Counted from the stretch's first letter, positions 33,491 through 50,653 are shown. The stretch is DNA of 64,000 nucleotides from the human T2T-CHM13v2.0 reference genome, Homo sapiens (GCF_009914755.1 NC_060930.1); one strand, 5' to 3'. The notes: generated from the sequence alone by a model not told the origin. Program-made: numbers and translations.

Positions 33491-33657
33491 CTTTTTCTTG
33501 CCTAGTATTAGAAAATTATTGTCTATGTGACACTTTCTTTAATGCTGTATGCAAGTAAAATGTAAAGTTGCCAGCATTATTTAAATCAAGTAGTGGTGGC
33601 TCCAGGATGCTAGCCTAAAATTTTGTGGAATTATGGTGAAATACTTAAAATCTAGAT

Positions 33658-33978
33658 CAAGGTTTTTCAAAATTCCGTAGGAATCACGTCGGGTCCCTTT
33701 TAAGTTCGTTAAGAACCACTTGTGGTGCTTGTTAAAGTGATCAATTCCTGGTGCCCTGACCGCTCAGCCTTTAATTTAGTGAATCTAGACTGATTTGCAT
33801 ATGAGTCATTCCAGGTGGTCACACTTTTGAGACAACAGGTCTAGTGTTTCTCAAACTTTAATGCTTCTAAGTCATTCTGGGATTTTATTAAAGTGCACAC
33901 TCAAGTTCAGCAGGTCGAGGTCAGAGCCCGAGACACCACATTTCTAACAGGCACCCAGATGATGCTTCAGAAACACTG
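33658..33978. mobile_element. MER5A/MER5B fragments (probably two adjacent)
   Basis: tgcttgttaaag...; tagtgtttctcaaactttaatgc...catttctaacaggcacccagatgatgc. Confidence 0.55.
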
Positions 33979-34138
33979 ATTTTGCATCTCACTCCACCAC
34001 AGGTACCTTTGCATCCCTTCTGTAATTGGCCACCTTGTTATTGACTGTATTTATTTGAGCTAGGTTTTTACTTCCTTTCAACCCTCTGCTTGATAGAATT
34101 GCTTATCTTGTCCTTTTTATTTTCTTTAATGCATATAG

Positions 34139-34647
34139 ATGGGCACCAGTTGCGTCTTGAAGTGCCATCAGCTGTAACCAAAGTTCCACATCCCAAGACG
34201 ACAGCCAGGCGTTCCTGCCCTCAAGAACTGAAGACAATGGAGCTCTCTGATAGTGACCGACCCGTCAGCTTCGGTTCCACATCATCCTCGGCCTCTTCCC
34301 GCGACAGCCATGGTTCCTTCGGCAGCAGAATGACCTTAGTTTCAAATAGCCACATGGGCTTGTTTAACCAGGATAAGGAGGTAGGGGCCATAAAACTGGA
34401 GCTGATTCCTGCCAGGCCGTTTTCCAGCAGCGAGCTGCAGAGGGACAACCCCGCCACGGGGCAACAGAACGCGGATGAGGGCAGCGAAAGGCCACCCAGA
34501 GCGCAGTGGAGAGTGGACTCAAACGGGGCACCCAAGACGATCGCAGACTCGGCCACGAGCCCCAAGCTCCTCTATGTGGATAGAGTTGTTCAGGAAATTC
34601 TGGAAACCGAAAGGACTTATGTACAAGATTTAAAAAGCATCGTAGAG
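34139..34647 (+). other. PLEKHG1: 509-nt exon of PLEKHG1 (98 nt of 5' UTR or N-terminal extension, plus 411 nt CDS)
   Basis: Polypyrimidine tract tcctttttattttcttt (34111-34127), then gcatatAG at 34131-34138; canonical donor at 34648. Confidence 0.88.
34237..34647 (+). CDS. PLEKHG1: PLEKHG1 (pleckstrin homology and RhoGEF domain containing G1) first coding exon, aa 1-137; N-terminal Ser-rich region plus start of the Dbl-homology domain
   Basis: Translation [31 protein letters not shown]...[27 protein letters not shown] recognised as the PLEKHG1 N-terminus. [10 protein letters not shown] is the DH-domain CR1 motif. Strong Kozak (acaATGG). Phase-0 donor GAG|GTAAGA at 34647/34648. Local CpG enrichment. 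Confidence 0.95.
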
Positions 34648-35538
34648 GTAAGACCGACTTCGCTTTTAATGTTTGCCATGCAGGAGAAATATGCTTGCAA
34701 AAGAAATGACAAAGCCAAGCCAGGTGTAGGGGATGTCTTCTAAGAGGCGGAAGGGATGTGAATGTTTAAAGAGAGAGTAATAAGAGAAACCCTAAGGCCG
34801 TAACCCACTGTGTTAACATCCTCTTAATATTTGCGTTAACAAATTAGTTATGAGTGAGGAGCAAGAATGATGATACAGTACCCATACCAAGATGCTGTGT
34901 TAATAAATCCTACACCCCAGATGTCAGAGTGACTCACACGCAGTGGGGCAGATAAGGATGGAGGAGGACTCAAGTCTCCTGGAGCATGAGTGTCAGGTGT
35001 ATGACTAAACCCCTCAGCTGTCCTTACCTTAATCACCACTCGCTACTGGCATCCGGGAGCTTCCAAAACTACTGAGACGTGAATCTCATACTCAGCAACT
35101 GTGATTTCATTGGCCTGGGTGGGGCTTGGGTGGTGGAATTGTTGAAGATGCACAGGTGATTTTAATGTGCAGAGAGGTTTGCAGCCGCTGCTGTCTGCTA
35201 TTCCTGTATTGGTTGGTGTTTGGGGAAAGGATTGAAAGGTAGAGAAAAGTCGTGGGCTTTGTCTTGTCTCGTGTCTCCTTTCTGTTCACTTTTACAGTGA
35301 GTAATCCTATATAAATTATTTTGCATATGTTATTATTATGATTATAAATTACTTGCACAAATTATTTCATGTGAATTGAGCTCAGCTTATGTGCCAGGTC
35401 ACATCCTCTGGAAATTCAATTATTCGATTTTGATTTTCTGGGTCGTTTTAAAGGATAAAGCAAGAATTATCAGAGGAGCTCAGATGTTAACTCACTCTCA
35501 ATTGTAGTTAAAAATATTACTATCTCAAGGGCAGATTT

Positions 35539-35837
35539 TTTTTTTTTTTTTTTTTGAGACGGAGTTTAGCTCTTGTTTCCCAGGCTGGAGTGCAATGGTG
35601 CGATCTTGGCTTACCACAACCTCCGCCTCCCGGGTTCAAGCAATTCTCCTGCCTCAGCATCCTGAGTAGCTGGAATTACAGGCATGCTCCACCACACCCA
35701 GCTAATTTTGTATTTTTAGTAAAGATGGGGTTTCACCATGTTGGTCAGGCTGGTCTCGAACTCCCGACCTCAGGTGATCCTCCTGCCTCGGCCTCCCAAA
35801 GTGCTGGGATTACAGGCATGAGCCACCGTGCCTGGCC
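35539..35837 (-). mobile_element. AluSp/Sq-like
   Basis: Antisense dimer; exact TSD tcaagggcagattt. Confidence 0.95.
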
Positions 35838-36578
35838 TCAAGGGCAGATTTATATATTATAAAGCTACACTTGTTTTGCTGCCTACTAATACACCAGATT
35901 CTTTCATTTGTTACTACCTGTTTCCTGTTTTAGACATTGACTCTAGAGTATGTTTCAGAGTACAGTAGAATATTGCCAATGAGCATGTTCTTCCCCCAAA
36001 TACATTCTCATAGCTTTAGAAAAAGAATTCTAAAGCATGACTACGTGTGATCCGCAAATGATAGAACCAGACTGTCTACTAAAAATAGTTATGATGTACC
36101 TTCCCAGTAAAAATAGAAAAGTCAATTGATGGTCAACCGAAACAATATGTGGTACCAAATGTAGAATAAAGTAGGCCTGTTTTTTAAAAAGTTCAACAAT
36201 GATGTCATTTGTACTTGAGAAGAAATACCTGTAAAACAGCCAAAAATTTTACAGCCTCTCAGGAAACATATGGTTATTAAAGCTTTCTTTGGGCTATGCT
36301 TTTTTTTCCTTTCTTTCTTGGAAACTAGTCTACCTAATCTAAAACTCACCTTATAGAGAGAAACCTTTAATTACTGAACTAGTATTCCATTAACATTTAT
36401 TTTTTCCTGAGGCTGGTTGATAAACCTTAGGTGAGAAGAAACAGGTAAGAGATGAATGAAAGAAAACAGATAAAGACAGAATTTATTTTTTCTAAGAAAT
36501 TTCAATGTAAGTTCTATGTGAAGCTGTCCACGTGTTCTTGCCTTTTTTCTTTATTCATGAATCAACTGTGTTTTACAC

Positions 36579-36780
36579 TAGGGGTTGGTGAGCTTTTTCT
36601 AGGCAGGGCCAGATAGTAAATAGTTTTGGCCTTATGGGGCCTAAGGTCTTGGTCACAACTGATGAACTCTGCCACTGAAGCTCAAAAGCAGCCATGTACA
36701 CTGTGAATAATGGGGCCTGGACATGCCAGTACCTCTTTAGAGTCTCGTTTGACCCAACGGCCACAGTTTGCTCACCCCTG
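36579..36780. mobile_element. MER58A
   Basis: aggggttggtgagctttttct...gggccagatagtaaata...cacagtttgctcacccctg. Confidence 0.8.
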
Positions 36781-36789
36781 TCTTAGGCT

Positions 36790-36940
36790 ATAAGTTTGTG
36801 CCATGTTTCATCAACTGTCAGATGGGACTAATAAGTAGGACCTGCCTCATAGGGTTATTATGAGAATTGGATAAGATAGCATAAAAAGCTCTGCAGCCAT
36901 GCCTGGCACATAGTAATCAATTAGTAAATGGAAACTACAC
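36790..36940 (+). mobile_element. MIR
   Basis: tttcatcaactgtcagatggg...cctcatagggttattatgaga...gcctggcacatagtaa. Confidence 0.7.
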
Positions 36941-37007
36941 TTGTCACTATTGCCAGCCTTCTCTAAGTTTGCTAGCTGAGAGTGATCACTGCATACACTA
37001 TGTTTTA

Positions 37008-37380
<373 letters not shown>

Positions 37381-37835
37381 TTAGAAAAAAAAAACCTTAA
37401 TGAGTGATTTTACCATTATTGTTTTGGTTATTTCTAATGAACCCACTGGAAATCTGAGGTGGAAATTAGGGGAAGGAGAGGCCCAGAAGGGGGTGAGTAT
37501 TGGAAAGAAGCGTGCCTGGGGAGAAAGAGTCCCAAATGAAGAGGGAGGGACCCAGGCAGGAAGAGCTAGATGCTCCTCTGTTCCAGAAGTCACTAGAATG
37601 CTTTGCATCATTTACCCTGTCCTCCTAGAAAACTTTAGAATTGTTTCATATGAGGGATTAGTTGGTTGAAGCCTCTTCATCTGTTTTGGCTATGAGACCA
37701 CCTCTGTTTCTCCAGATCACAACTTTATCAGAGTGGCTAGACCACTTTTATCGAGTTCTTTTCTTAATGAAAAGTAAACAATTATTGTCAAGCCTGCAGT
37801 AACTCTACCCAATAAAAGGCTGTCATATGGGTATT

Positions 37836-38142
<307 letters not shown>

Positions 38143-38359
38143 TGGGTATTCTTTTAAAACATAGAATATCAACTCCTTTAAAATCTGTTTCCTTGATCTA
38201 TTTCTAACCTATTTGTATAATGTTGTAAATGACTTCTCTAATGTTCTCCATTTTTCAAATGCAAAATTTTAAATTAAGAAAAGTGCTGCTCATTGACAGC
38301 CTACTATGATAAAACTTTTACCCTGCCTAAAAGACGGACTTTTTTTTAGTTGGCTCTTT

Positions 38360-38664
<305 letters not shown>

Positions 38665-39936
38665 TTAGCTGGCTCTTTCCAAGCAAAAATAATTTCTGGG
38701 GGAAAAGAAGCTCGTCTAATTGAAGTCACTTTTAATTTCTACAGTAGCATGATTTCTGACTTTGTACACTCTGCTTTATTGAATCTCCTCCCAACTTAAT
38801 TACCCCCATTAGTAGTACATTTTATCTGCATGCCGTATAGATACATAATCCTTACCACTCAAGTTTAGATTTCATTTTTACGACTTGTGAACAGCAACAT
38901 TTTTGTGTATACACCGAGTTAAAAAACATGAGCAGGAATGATGATTTGACATTTCAACACAGTCGCAAATATCAGAGCAGCTTATTTCTGAGAAGAGATC
39001 CTCCTAACCCCAGTTGAGCAATAGGATTCCCAGATGTTGGTTACACATGTAAAGAGTGTGTTATGCCCTTCTTTCCCATATGTGGAGACATCGTATTAAA
39101 ATAATCTCACATATTTAGGTATCTTTCTTTCCTATGCCATTTAGGAATTCAGAAATGAATTCCTAATGCTTTCTGAAAGTTGAACCCCAAAATGTGGTGG
39201 TTCTTATTCCTGTTGCTCTTCATTCTTCCCCAGATCCTTCTCTCTCAACCCCTGTCCCCTCCCCAGCCGTGGCTCTTCCGTCCTCTGCTCCTAGTCATTT
39301 ACTTTTGTACACTTGACATTTTAGAGAAAGAGGTAAGATCTTGACTGTGAACCGTAGTCAAAGGAACAATGGAGCTGTTATTTCTATTTTATATATGCCC
39401 CTAACTGCATTCACAGATAAAATGAGATGATAAATATGAAAGCAAGTTTTAAAAGTTAAATTGCCAATGATACAATTTGTGGAGAGATAGAAATCCATAG
39501 TTGGAAAGCAGAAAATAAGGGTTTGTTTAATGTTTAATGGGACCTTCGATTGACTGGGCACGGGCTGTCAGGGGTAGGGTGGGTGTCTTTAATCTTTCTA
39601 AATGATCTATAAAAGAGCTTTTGAGAACCTCATAAGATTTGGCCTCAGATATAGTTCACGGCCTGTTGTAACCTGTTAGTAAAGTTTTAAAATAGTTCAT
39701 AATGTTAATGCTGTGTAATTAGAAGTTACATTTCTACTACAGAATGGCATCGTTGAGCTCTGAGAGATACTAAATTAAGCCATATTTGGTGATATTGAGG
39801 ACATTTAGTGAAAAAAGGGGCTGAATTGTTAATTACAACGTGATTTTATCTCTTTCCATTATATGCCAGAGAGCTAATATCCTTTTCATGGACCTTTATC
39901 CATAAAGTGTATTTTAAAAAAAAAGCTAAGTAATGG

Positions 39937-40244
39937 GGCCAGGAGCAGTGGCTCATGCCTGTAATCCCAGCACTTTGGGAGGCCGAAGTAGGCAGATCAC
40001 TTGAGGTCAGGAGTTTGAGACCAGCCAGGCCAACGTGGTGAAACTCCATCTCTACTAAAAATACAAAAATTAGCTGGGTATGGTGGTGCATGCCTGTAGT
40101 CCCAGCCGCTTAGAAGGCTGAGGCAGGAGAATGGCTTGAACCTAGGAGGCGGAGGTTGCAGTGAGCCGAGATCGTGCCATTGCATTCCAGCTGGAGCAAC
40201 AGAGTGAGACTCTGTCAAAAAAAAAAACAAAAAAACAAAAAAAA
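39937..40244 (+). mobile_element. AluS
   Basis: Full dimer. Confidence 0.94.
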
Positions 40245-42079
40245 CCATAAGTATTCTAGCCTTGATGTTCAAAATTTAAACAGCAGAAGCATAAGCATAT
40301 CTTTATGGGAAGCATTCAGCATTATTCAAAACTGTAGCTAAACAAGGATTAGAATGGTGATCACCAACCCCAAGCTCTGTGTTCGTTAGTCTATGTGGAC
40401 TCTTTGTTTATTGAGTGATCGTACAGACAGTGTCAGGGAAGATAAAAGAGAGAAGGGTGTTTTTCACACACTTAGTGCCCTGAAACACATTGAAAGCTAT
40501 TCTCCCCACTGCCATAGCCTAGAAGAGGCTTCTCTTTGTACTGGTGATATCCAATTAATTGAAAACTGTCTTATGCTGGGGAAGCAAACCTTCTCCAAAA
40601 TTTGTGCAGAATGAAAGAAGGAAATCCAGGATTCAGGCCCAGAGAGCTTGTGCAGTGATTTCAGCACATACTCTGCCTGGACACTTAGCTCTTAGCCCTG
40701 TGAGATGTCTGTGACTTGGATGAAATGGAATCTGAGTTGGCTTTTGTCCTGGGGGCACCCCTCCCTTGAGGACAGTACTGTCAAGTGTGGAGGTGGTTTC
40801 TGATTAAGCCTGTCTTCCCATTGATCCTGCTAGAGAGACAAAATTGTTTGGTATGGAAAGGGCAGTGTGCATCTTACTCTTTTTCCTTAGCCATAGTGGA
40901 ATGGTTGTGCATAGGCATTCCCTGGCCCAGCCTTACCTGCTTAGGATGCTGGACTAAAAGAGGCAGGTTTTGCACCAAGAAAGAAGGCTGTTGAGAAGAG
41001 GGGAATTGTCGCAGATTTTATTGTCTTTTTACTTAACAGATATCTTCTCTCCATATTTTCCCTCCAATTTAAATAACATTTATTGGACACTTCTTACAAG
41101 GTTCACTTAGACTAACGTTTTTTAAATACCGAGGGAGAAAAATGTGTTCCATGCTCAAGCGTAGGAGTTGGTAGGGATTGTTTTAAATGAAGGCTCGTTA
41201 TGTGGGTGGATTTAATAAGGAACTTACACTGTGGTACTTGGCATCATTTAATGTACTTTTTTATGAGGCATTTGAGCACTTTTATGTGAATGTGTCTATT
41301 TTTTTCCTCCAAGGGATTTTATCGTAACGGGTGAATGAGATCTTTCTTAAAACCATTTAATATCTATGATAATTTGGAGACAAACCTGTTAGTTTTCTGC
41401 TTATTTCGGAGTCACTCCTTAAATAGTACATCTAATCATTTTACATAATCTCTCAAAAATCTCACTTTGACTACATATTTCCATATCTCTGTGTTATTGT
41501 TGTTGTTATTATGACCCCTTATTCCCCACCTTACCTTAACCTTACTCTCGTCTTTCACCACCTCAACAACAGCAGCACAAACCTAGAAGGTGGCAACAGT
41601 GAGTGATTTTGAGTGTTCATATCTTCATACTGCAACCTGATCTGGGAAGGAGGGCAGGGAGAACTGATCTTTCACTTCTTTTCATTTCTAATGGGTTTGC
41701 CCATTTTGAATGTGATATAAATACCTGCTGATTGATTGCTAATGACCAATGAAAACAGTTCAAGGTGGGCAGCATTCGGTGAGAGCAAAATGAGTTGAGA
41801 TTTGCAGAGTTGCTCTGCAAAAGTAGCTGTCGGCTGAACACAAGAGTTCATGTGTACTTTGTGACTGATGTCAGGTTGGGTTATTTGCTCCAAACTTTTA
41901 TGGCTAGATCTTGAGTCAAAATGTAGGCAATGAGTGTCTTGTGACATCTTAAGTTTTGTAACCATCCCCATCACCTCAATAGATTCCCGCAGCTATAAAC
42001 ATACTATTCAGCTACCATTTCTAAATTTTCTAGATAGACGCCTCAATAATACAAAAACACTAAAAAATAACATTAGCAG

Positions 42080-42300
42080 CAATTAATATTTGAGCACTTA
42101 CCATGTATCAGGCACTAGGCACTTAATTTGCTCACTCACTGTCCCATCATGTGGGTACTAGTTTAATTCCTATTTTAGCATGAGAATATTGAATGTACAG
42201 AGGACAAAGTGACTTATCCCCCAGGTCACATAGTTGGCTAGTGGTTGAGCTGGAACTGAAAAGCAGGCCTTTCTCCGAAACCCACTGCTTTCACTGCATA
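42080..42300 (-). mobile_element. MIR
   Basis: tgagcacttaccatgtatcaggcact...aagtgacttatccccaggtcacatag. Confidence 0.75.
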
Positions 42301-42359
42301 CCTCCCCTTTGACTATAACAGAAGGTTCAAAGTTCAGCCCTCTTCTTAATCTCTCTAGA

Positions 42360-42578
42360 GCAGGCACCAGCAGTACCATAGACGTTCTGGACTGCATAGT
42401 TCTTGGCTATGAGGGAGAGTTGTGTACGTTGTAGGAACGTTTAGCAGCAAGGCTGACTTCTATCCATTAGAAGCTAATAGAACCACCACCGTCCCCACTT
42501 GTGACGACCAAAAATGTCTCTAGCCATTGCCAAGTGCCCCCTGGAGGACAAAATTGTCCCTGGTTGAAAATGACAGCT
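42360..42578. mobile_element. MER20
   Basis: tgtaggaacgtttagcagca...gtgacgaccaaaaatgtctctagccattgcca...ctggttgaaaa. Confidence 0.8.
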
Positions 42579-42632
42579 TTAAATATCTGGAACACATAGT
42601 GTTTCATTAAGGATAGGCTAAGCCACAGTAAC

Positions 42633-43307
<675 letters not shown>

Positions 43308-43784
43308 GTAACATACAGATCTCCAAATCTAGTGACTTCACCCAAGTTTCTTTCTTTGTCCTGTAACCATCCTTTGCAAGTGTTCAGGTGAGGAGGAGCA
43401 GCACTCCTCCATGCAGTCATTCAAGGACCCAGGCTGAGGAGGCCTTGCTGTCTTCAGGACATGGCTTCTGAGGTTGCCATCCCAGTCAACTAGACGGGCA
43501 AGGAGACATGGAGATACATACGGGGAAGGTTTCTGAGACAGACAGAACTGATGCACATCCCTTTTCTCAAACTCCCAATGAGAATCTTGTTACCTGGCTA
43601 CATCCTATAAGGGAGGATGGGAGGTGCAGTCTAGCCGTGTGTCCAAAGAAGGTAGGAAACAATTTTTGTAAACAACCTGCAGTTTCTGGCATGCATTATG
43701 TATAACAAAGCCATTCTCATTGTAAAACCTATCATTTAGTGATGGTGTATCCCCCACCACCCTCACTAAAAATAAAAAGGAAGA

Positions 43785-44119
<335 letters not shown>

Positions 44120-44511
44120 TTACCTGCTGAGATGAACATTACTGTCTCTACTAAATAACCTCATAAAATGTTTTAAATGCATTCTTTATTTAGGGCTTCA
44201 GACCAATGTATCTCCTACTGTTCCTCTCTCCCTTCTTCTATGTCTCCACCCCTATTCCCTACCCTTTCTCCCATCATTCCTGATTACCTCCCACCCCCTC
44301 CTTTTTTTTCTACTCATTCCAGTTCATTTGACCTGCCAGTAGGGCTCTGTGAAATTATTTAACACCATAGTTAGTGTTTCAGGCTAATAAATATTGGGTC
44401 TAGCCTAGTTCAAAGGCAGGGATTGTGCTTATCTTGGTAGCATTCTGAAAACCTTGTGAGTGGGAGGGAATCAATAAGGGTAATGGACGAAAGCCATCAG
44501 ATACCTAATAG

Positions 44512-44920
<409 letters not shown>

Positions 44921-45580
44921 CCTGCCCTTCTTTTAACCTCATTTCTGTAGCCATTCCAAGAAGCCAAAATGAGAACGTGGGCACCAGAAGAAAAAGTAGG
45001 CAGTTAAAAAAAACAAATTATTAAAAAATTTTTACTGCATTTTTAAGACTTGCACTCCCCAAATCAACCCACATTGTTGTGGATGCTTTTCCATAAGAAA
45101 TTGAAGTCAGCTCACATCTTTTCAGAGGTGGACTTTTAGAGAACAAATTTACATTGTTAACCTTTACTTGTGGTACAGTTTTCAAATTACCAAGAACTTT
45201 GTGGCCATAGTGTAATCACTTCTTGGTATGATAATTATGAATGTGGTGACATCCCTCAGTGTCACCCTGAGAAACACTAAATCTCAGATAATGGCAAGGT
45301 CACCTTTGAATTCCTGACAATCTTGACTGGCTTCTTGAAACTTGGAGCTGGGACAAATAGTTGAGTCAGTCCAAGGAAATCCGGGATATATGTGGTCCCA
45401 ATCAGGCTTTGTAGGCCATTCTTCCCCGGTTGCAAGAATGCATGATCTGAAAATATATTATACACAGGGATTGTTTTTACTCCCATATCAAATGTCTAAG
45501 ACCCAAGAAGGAGAGTATAGATGATAGAGGGAAAGAGCTATGTGAGTTTCAAAGTACCTATGATCAGTCCTGCAGTAATG

Positions 45581-45908
45581 CAGCCATGTGTCACTTAATG
45601 ACAGCAATGTGTTCTGAGAAATGTCAGGTGATTTTACCATTATACAGGCATCATAGAGTTTACTTACAAAACCTAGATTGTACAGCCTACCACACACCTA
45701 GGCTATATGGTATAACCCTTTGCTTCTAGGCTACAAACCTATACAGCATCTTACTATACTGAATAATGTAGGCAACTAAAACACAATGGCATTTGTGTAT
45801 CTAAGCACAGAAAAGGTACAGTGAAAATGCAGTATTATAATCACATGGGACCATCATATCTGCAGTCCATCAGTGACCAAAACGTCGTTTTGTGGTGCTT
45901 GAACTCTA
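45581..45908. mobile_element. Tigger3a (Golem) MITE
   Basis: cagccatgtgtcacttaatgac...cctaggctatatggtata...ggctacaaacc...agaaaaggtacagt...gaccaaaacgtcg. Confidence 0.85.
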
Positions 45909-45947
45909 TGACGCATAACATATGTGTTCTCAAAAATCACGCACTTT

Positions 45948-46250
<303 letters not shown>

Positions 46251-48109
46251 TCACATGCGGAGAAAAATGGGGTACCAAGAACAACACTCAAAAATTCATC
46301 CATGACACATATAGAAAAAAAGTCAAAAATGGAGGCATAGTTTTATACATGACAAATGATTAAGACATACATACATGCTATAGTAAATAGGGAACTTCAC
46401 CTTGAAAAAGATTTGAAGTTTATGGAAGCCACCAGCTGCCCACACCGGCCACCCTGGAGAACAAAAGGAAGCAAGAGAGGGAGAAAAAGATTAAAAGAAT
46501 AGAGAACAAAGAAGAAAAATATAAGATAGACTGAGAGGAAAGAGAAAATTAAAGAGGGGAGGCTGTGGGCAGAGCTGCAGCTTATGCCTTGTCAACGGGG
46601 AGGGTCACCTGCCACGGGCTGGGAGTTGACAGACTGATGTGAATGGGCCAGGTTCCAAATGCACTCAGGGGAGACCAAGATAGCCGCTAGGTTGTCGGGA
46701 GCCTTCGTGTTTTGTTCCTATGCTGCTGTCACTAGATGCAATTTTCTGCATTCACCCAGTGTTTCTCATGGGTGAAATCTTGCAAAAGCAAAATTCAGAA
46801 ATGAGAATTATGTTCAAATTGTTCCCTAACATATTAATCTCGTGGGAACAAATTCATGTTTTCAAAACAAACATCATAGCAGAACTGACTGTACCTATTC
46901 TTTGGAGTATTATGACTTGTTACAAATAGGTTTCACCGCTTCTTCCTCCCCTTTACTCAGACTAGAAGATTAAAGAGTTCTATGATAGACCCTTGCCAAA
47001 AAAACATGGTCTTCCGTTAGTGTTAAATAAGACTAATAAAAACTGCCACAAATATCCTTAATTCACTTTTAATTTCCATCTTATAAGAAAACAAAATGGC
47101 TTGAAAGAATTTTAAACTCTTAGTAGTATGAGAGTTGATTTATATTGTTGAAAACTAGCATGATTACTTGTAAATAGTTGTAGGAAGTTTTTTACTGAAA
47201 GGATTTGCATAATTTGGTCAAATATTCTTGCATAAACTATAGCATTTGCTATGAATGTGAAACTCTTAGTATGCCAAGGAGACTTAACATATCAGTGAGT
47301 TTCTAATGCTAAAATTTCCACCTACATTTGTAGTTTCAGAGTGAGTGCATTAAAGGAGAGGACAGACAGTGTAATGGGAGGGAAGTAGAATATATAGATA
47401 GCTGTTATTTTCATGGACATAACTAGGTGAGTTCAGTTCATTTGCAAGCTCAAACACTTTCAAAAATGCCTGTAACTGCAAAGTTCCTTTTTATTCTCTT
47501 AGGCTTTGCTTTTAAGGCAACATTTTGACTTTTAATGAACAGGCATTTTAAAAACTTCAGTTAACTCAGGTGATTGAGTAGCTATTATTACTGGTCTGCT
47601 GATATATTGCAAAGACCGCCTGTAGGCAAAATTCTATTGGAGATTTGCTAAAACAGGTCTTGTTCGGTTGGGTTAGAATCATGCTGCATTTTAAGTGTGT
47701 GCCATCTTGAATATTCAATTATACTGAGTGGGTAGAAAATTATAGAATTCAGAAAATTATCTTCTAAACACACCAGCCTTCAGTTGGGAGAAGTTTCCCA
47801 TGGCCAGAAATTTCTTCCAAAGTGAAGTGTTACTTGCACCTTCGAAAACTGATCACATTGAAGATTTACCTGGGTCACGTGATAAGCCGAGAGTTAGTGT
47901 GACAGTCCAGGCAGCCCTGTTCTGTAACACGTAGAACAGGAAAGACAGCTTGGACTAACTCATGACTTTTTAACCTACATAACTTAGTAGTTAACTGTTT
48001 TCTTATCATTTATGTTTCTGATTTTTCCTCTTCCCACTAAGATTGTTTTGCCACTTAAAGGGAATGGCAATTGTTCTAGATAGCAGCTTTCATGAAATTT
48101 TTTAAATCC

Positions 48110-48856
<747 letters not shown>

Positions 48857-49162
48857 ATGGCATGGGATTTTCAATTTACTAGAACCACACCAAGTTTTAG
48901 AACTGGAAATAACTCAGTTAAATCTCACCATAAATTCTGAAAGAGTAAGGAGTGTTTTATTTGATATTTTATAAAATTTTATATGTTTTATATTCCTCAC
49001 ACTCAGCACTGTCTGACACTTAATAGGCCATTCGTAAATATTTGCTGAGTAAATTTTCTAGTATTTGCTGTCATTTTTATACACAAGGAAATGGAGATCC
49101 AGAGATGCCAGTGATTTCTCCAAATGGAAGCAAATCCTGGCTCTCACTTACTACCTTTGACC

Positions 49163-49469
49163 TTTTTTTTTTTTTTTTTTTTTGAGACGGAGTCTTGCTC
49201 TGTCACCTAGGCTGGAGTGTGCAGTGCCACGATCACGGCTCACTGCAACCTCCACCTCCCCAGTTCAAGTGATTCTCCTGCCTCAGCCTCCCCGAGTAGC
49301 TGGGATTACAGACGCACCCCCACCATGCCCGGCTAATTTTTTTTGTATTTTTAGTAGAGACAGGGTTTCACCATGTTGGCCAAGCTGGTCTGGAACTCCT
49401 GACCTCAAGTGATTTCACCCACCTTGGCCTCCTGAAGTGCTGGGATTACAGGCGTGAGCCACTGCACCT
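49163..49469 (-). mobile_element. AluS
   Basis: Antisense dimer. Confidence 0.93.
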
Positions 49470-49494
49470 ATCTTTGATGTTGAATAATTCCTTC

Positions 49495-49640
49495 TATGAC
49501 CTGCAGTTTCTTCATCTTAAAATGGGGGAGATGTTGTGTTCCTTTTAAAATGGTATGAGGATTCAGTAAGTTAATGCACATGAAGTGATTAGCACCGACC
49601 TGGCATAACATAAACACTCAACAGCTGATAGCTGCTCACA
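49495..49640 (+). mobile_element. MIR
   Basis: cagtttcttcatcttaaaatgggg...gaggattcagtaagttaatgca...cctggcataa. Confidence 0.65.
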
Positions 49641-50322
49641 CCCCAGATCCTGCAGCTAAATATTGGCAGTGCCGGGATGCATCCTAGCCCTGCCTCCCAG
49701 CCGTTTCATTTGGAGACAACTGGAAAAAACCTGAAACATTTTATTGAGTGCCTCCTACGTGCCAGTTAAGGCGGGTCCTCAAACATACTTGTCAATGAAA
49801 TTTTCTGGAAACATACTTGATTGCCCAGTTGTCTACATCTCAGCCACTGACCAGGGTGAGATCCAGCGTGGACAGGTGTGAAGGGAAGAGCTGGCCACTT
49901 CATCTACGACCAGCTGCCACGTGGTTCAGACAAAACCAGAGCCTTGAGACAGAGGGAAATCTGAGCTAGGGGAACAATTAAGGTCACTTCCTTGGTAATG
50001 TTTTGAGATGAGTCTAAAGCAATCTGTGACATTACCCTTTTTTCCCCTAGCAGAAATATAGGTAGCCTTCTGAGGGTGAGAAATTGGCACCCGCTATCCT
50101 GTAAGACCACAGAGACTTTCTAGGCTCATCTGTATGTGATAATTAAAGGACCAGTTGATAGTCTGGGACCTGGTTTTGCCACCTCCTGTTCTAAAGTAGG
50201 AGCTGGCTCTGAAGTTTCAGGTCCTATGTGAAAAGGGATGAGGAAAAGAAGACTACTGATAAAATACATAAATTTACTTGTATTCAGATTTATCTAGAAT
50301 GTTCAAGGACTACTTTTGGTAA

Positions 50323-50653
<331 letters not shown>

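Noticed and set aside
34221-34565. 114-aa antisense ORF over the exon
   Set aside because: Shadow of the GC-rich sense CDS; no independent support
34090-34743. 217-aa ORF as a single-exon gene
   Set aside because: It starts at TTG in the intron/polypyrimidine tract and runs through the GTAAGA donor; only 34139-34647 is exonic
34860-34960. Possible intronic C/D snoRNA (ATGATGA box C)
   Set aside because: No suitably placed CTGA box D or terminal stem
41801-41821. TTTGCAGAG-TTG-CTCTGCAAA hairpin
   Set aside because: A 9-bp stem is expected by chance in 64 kb
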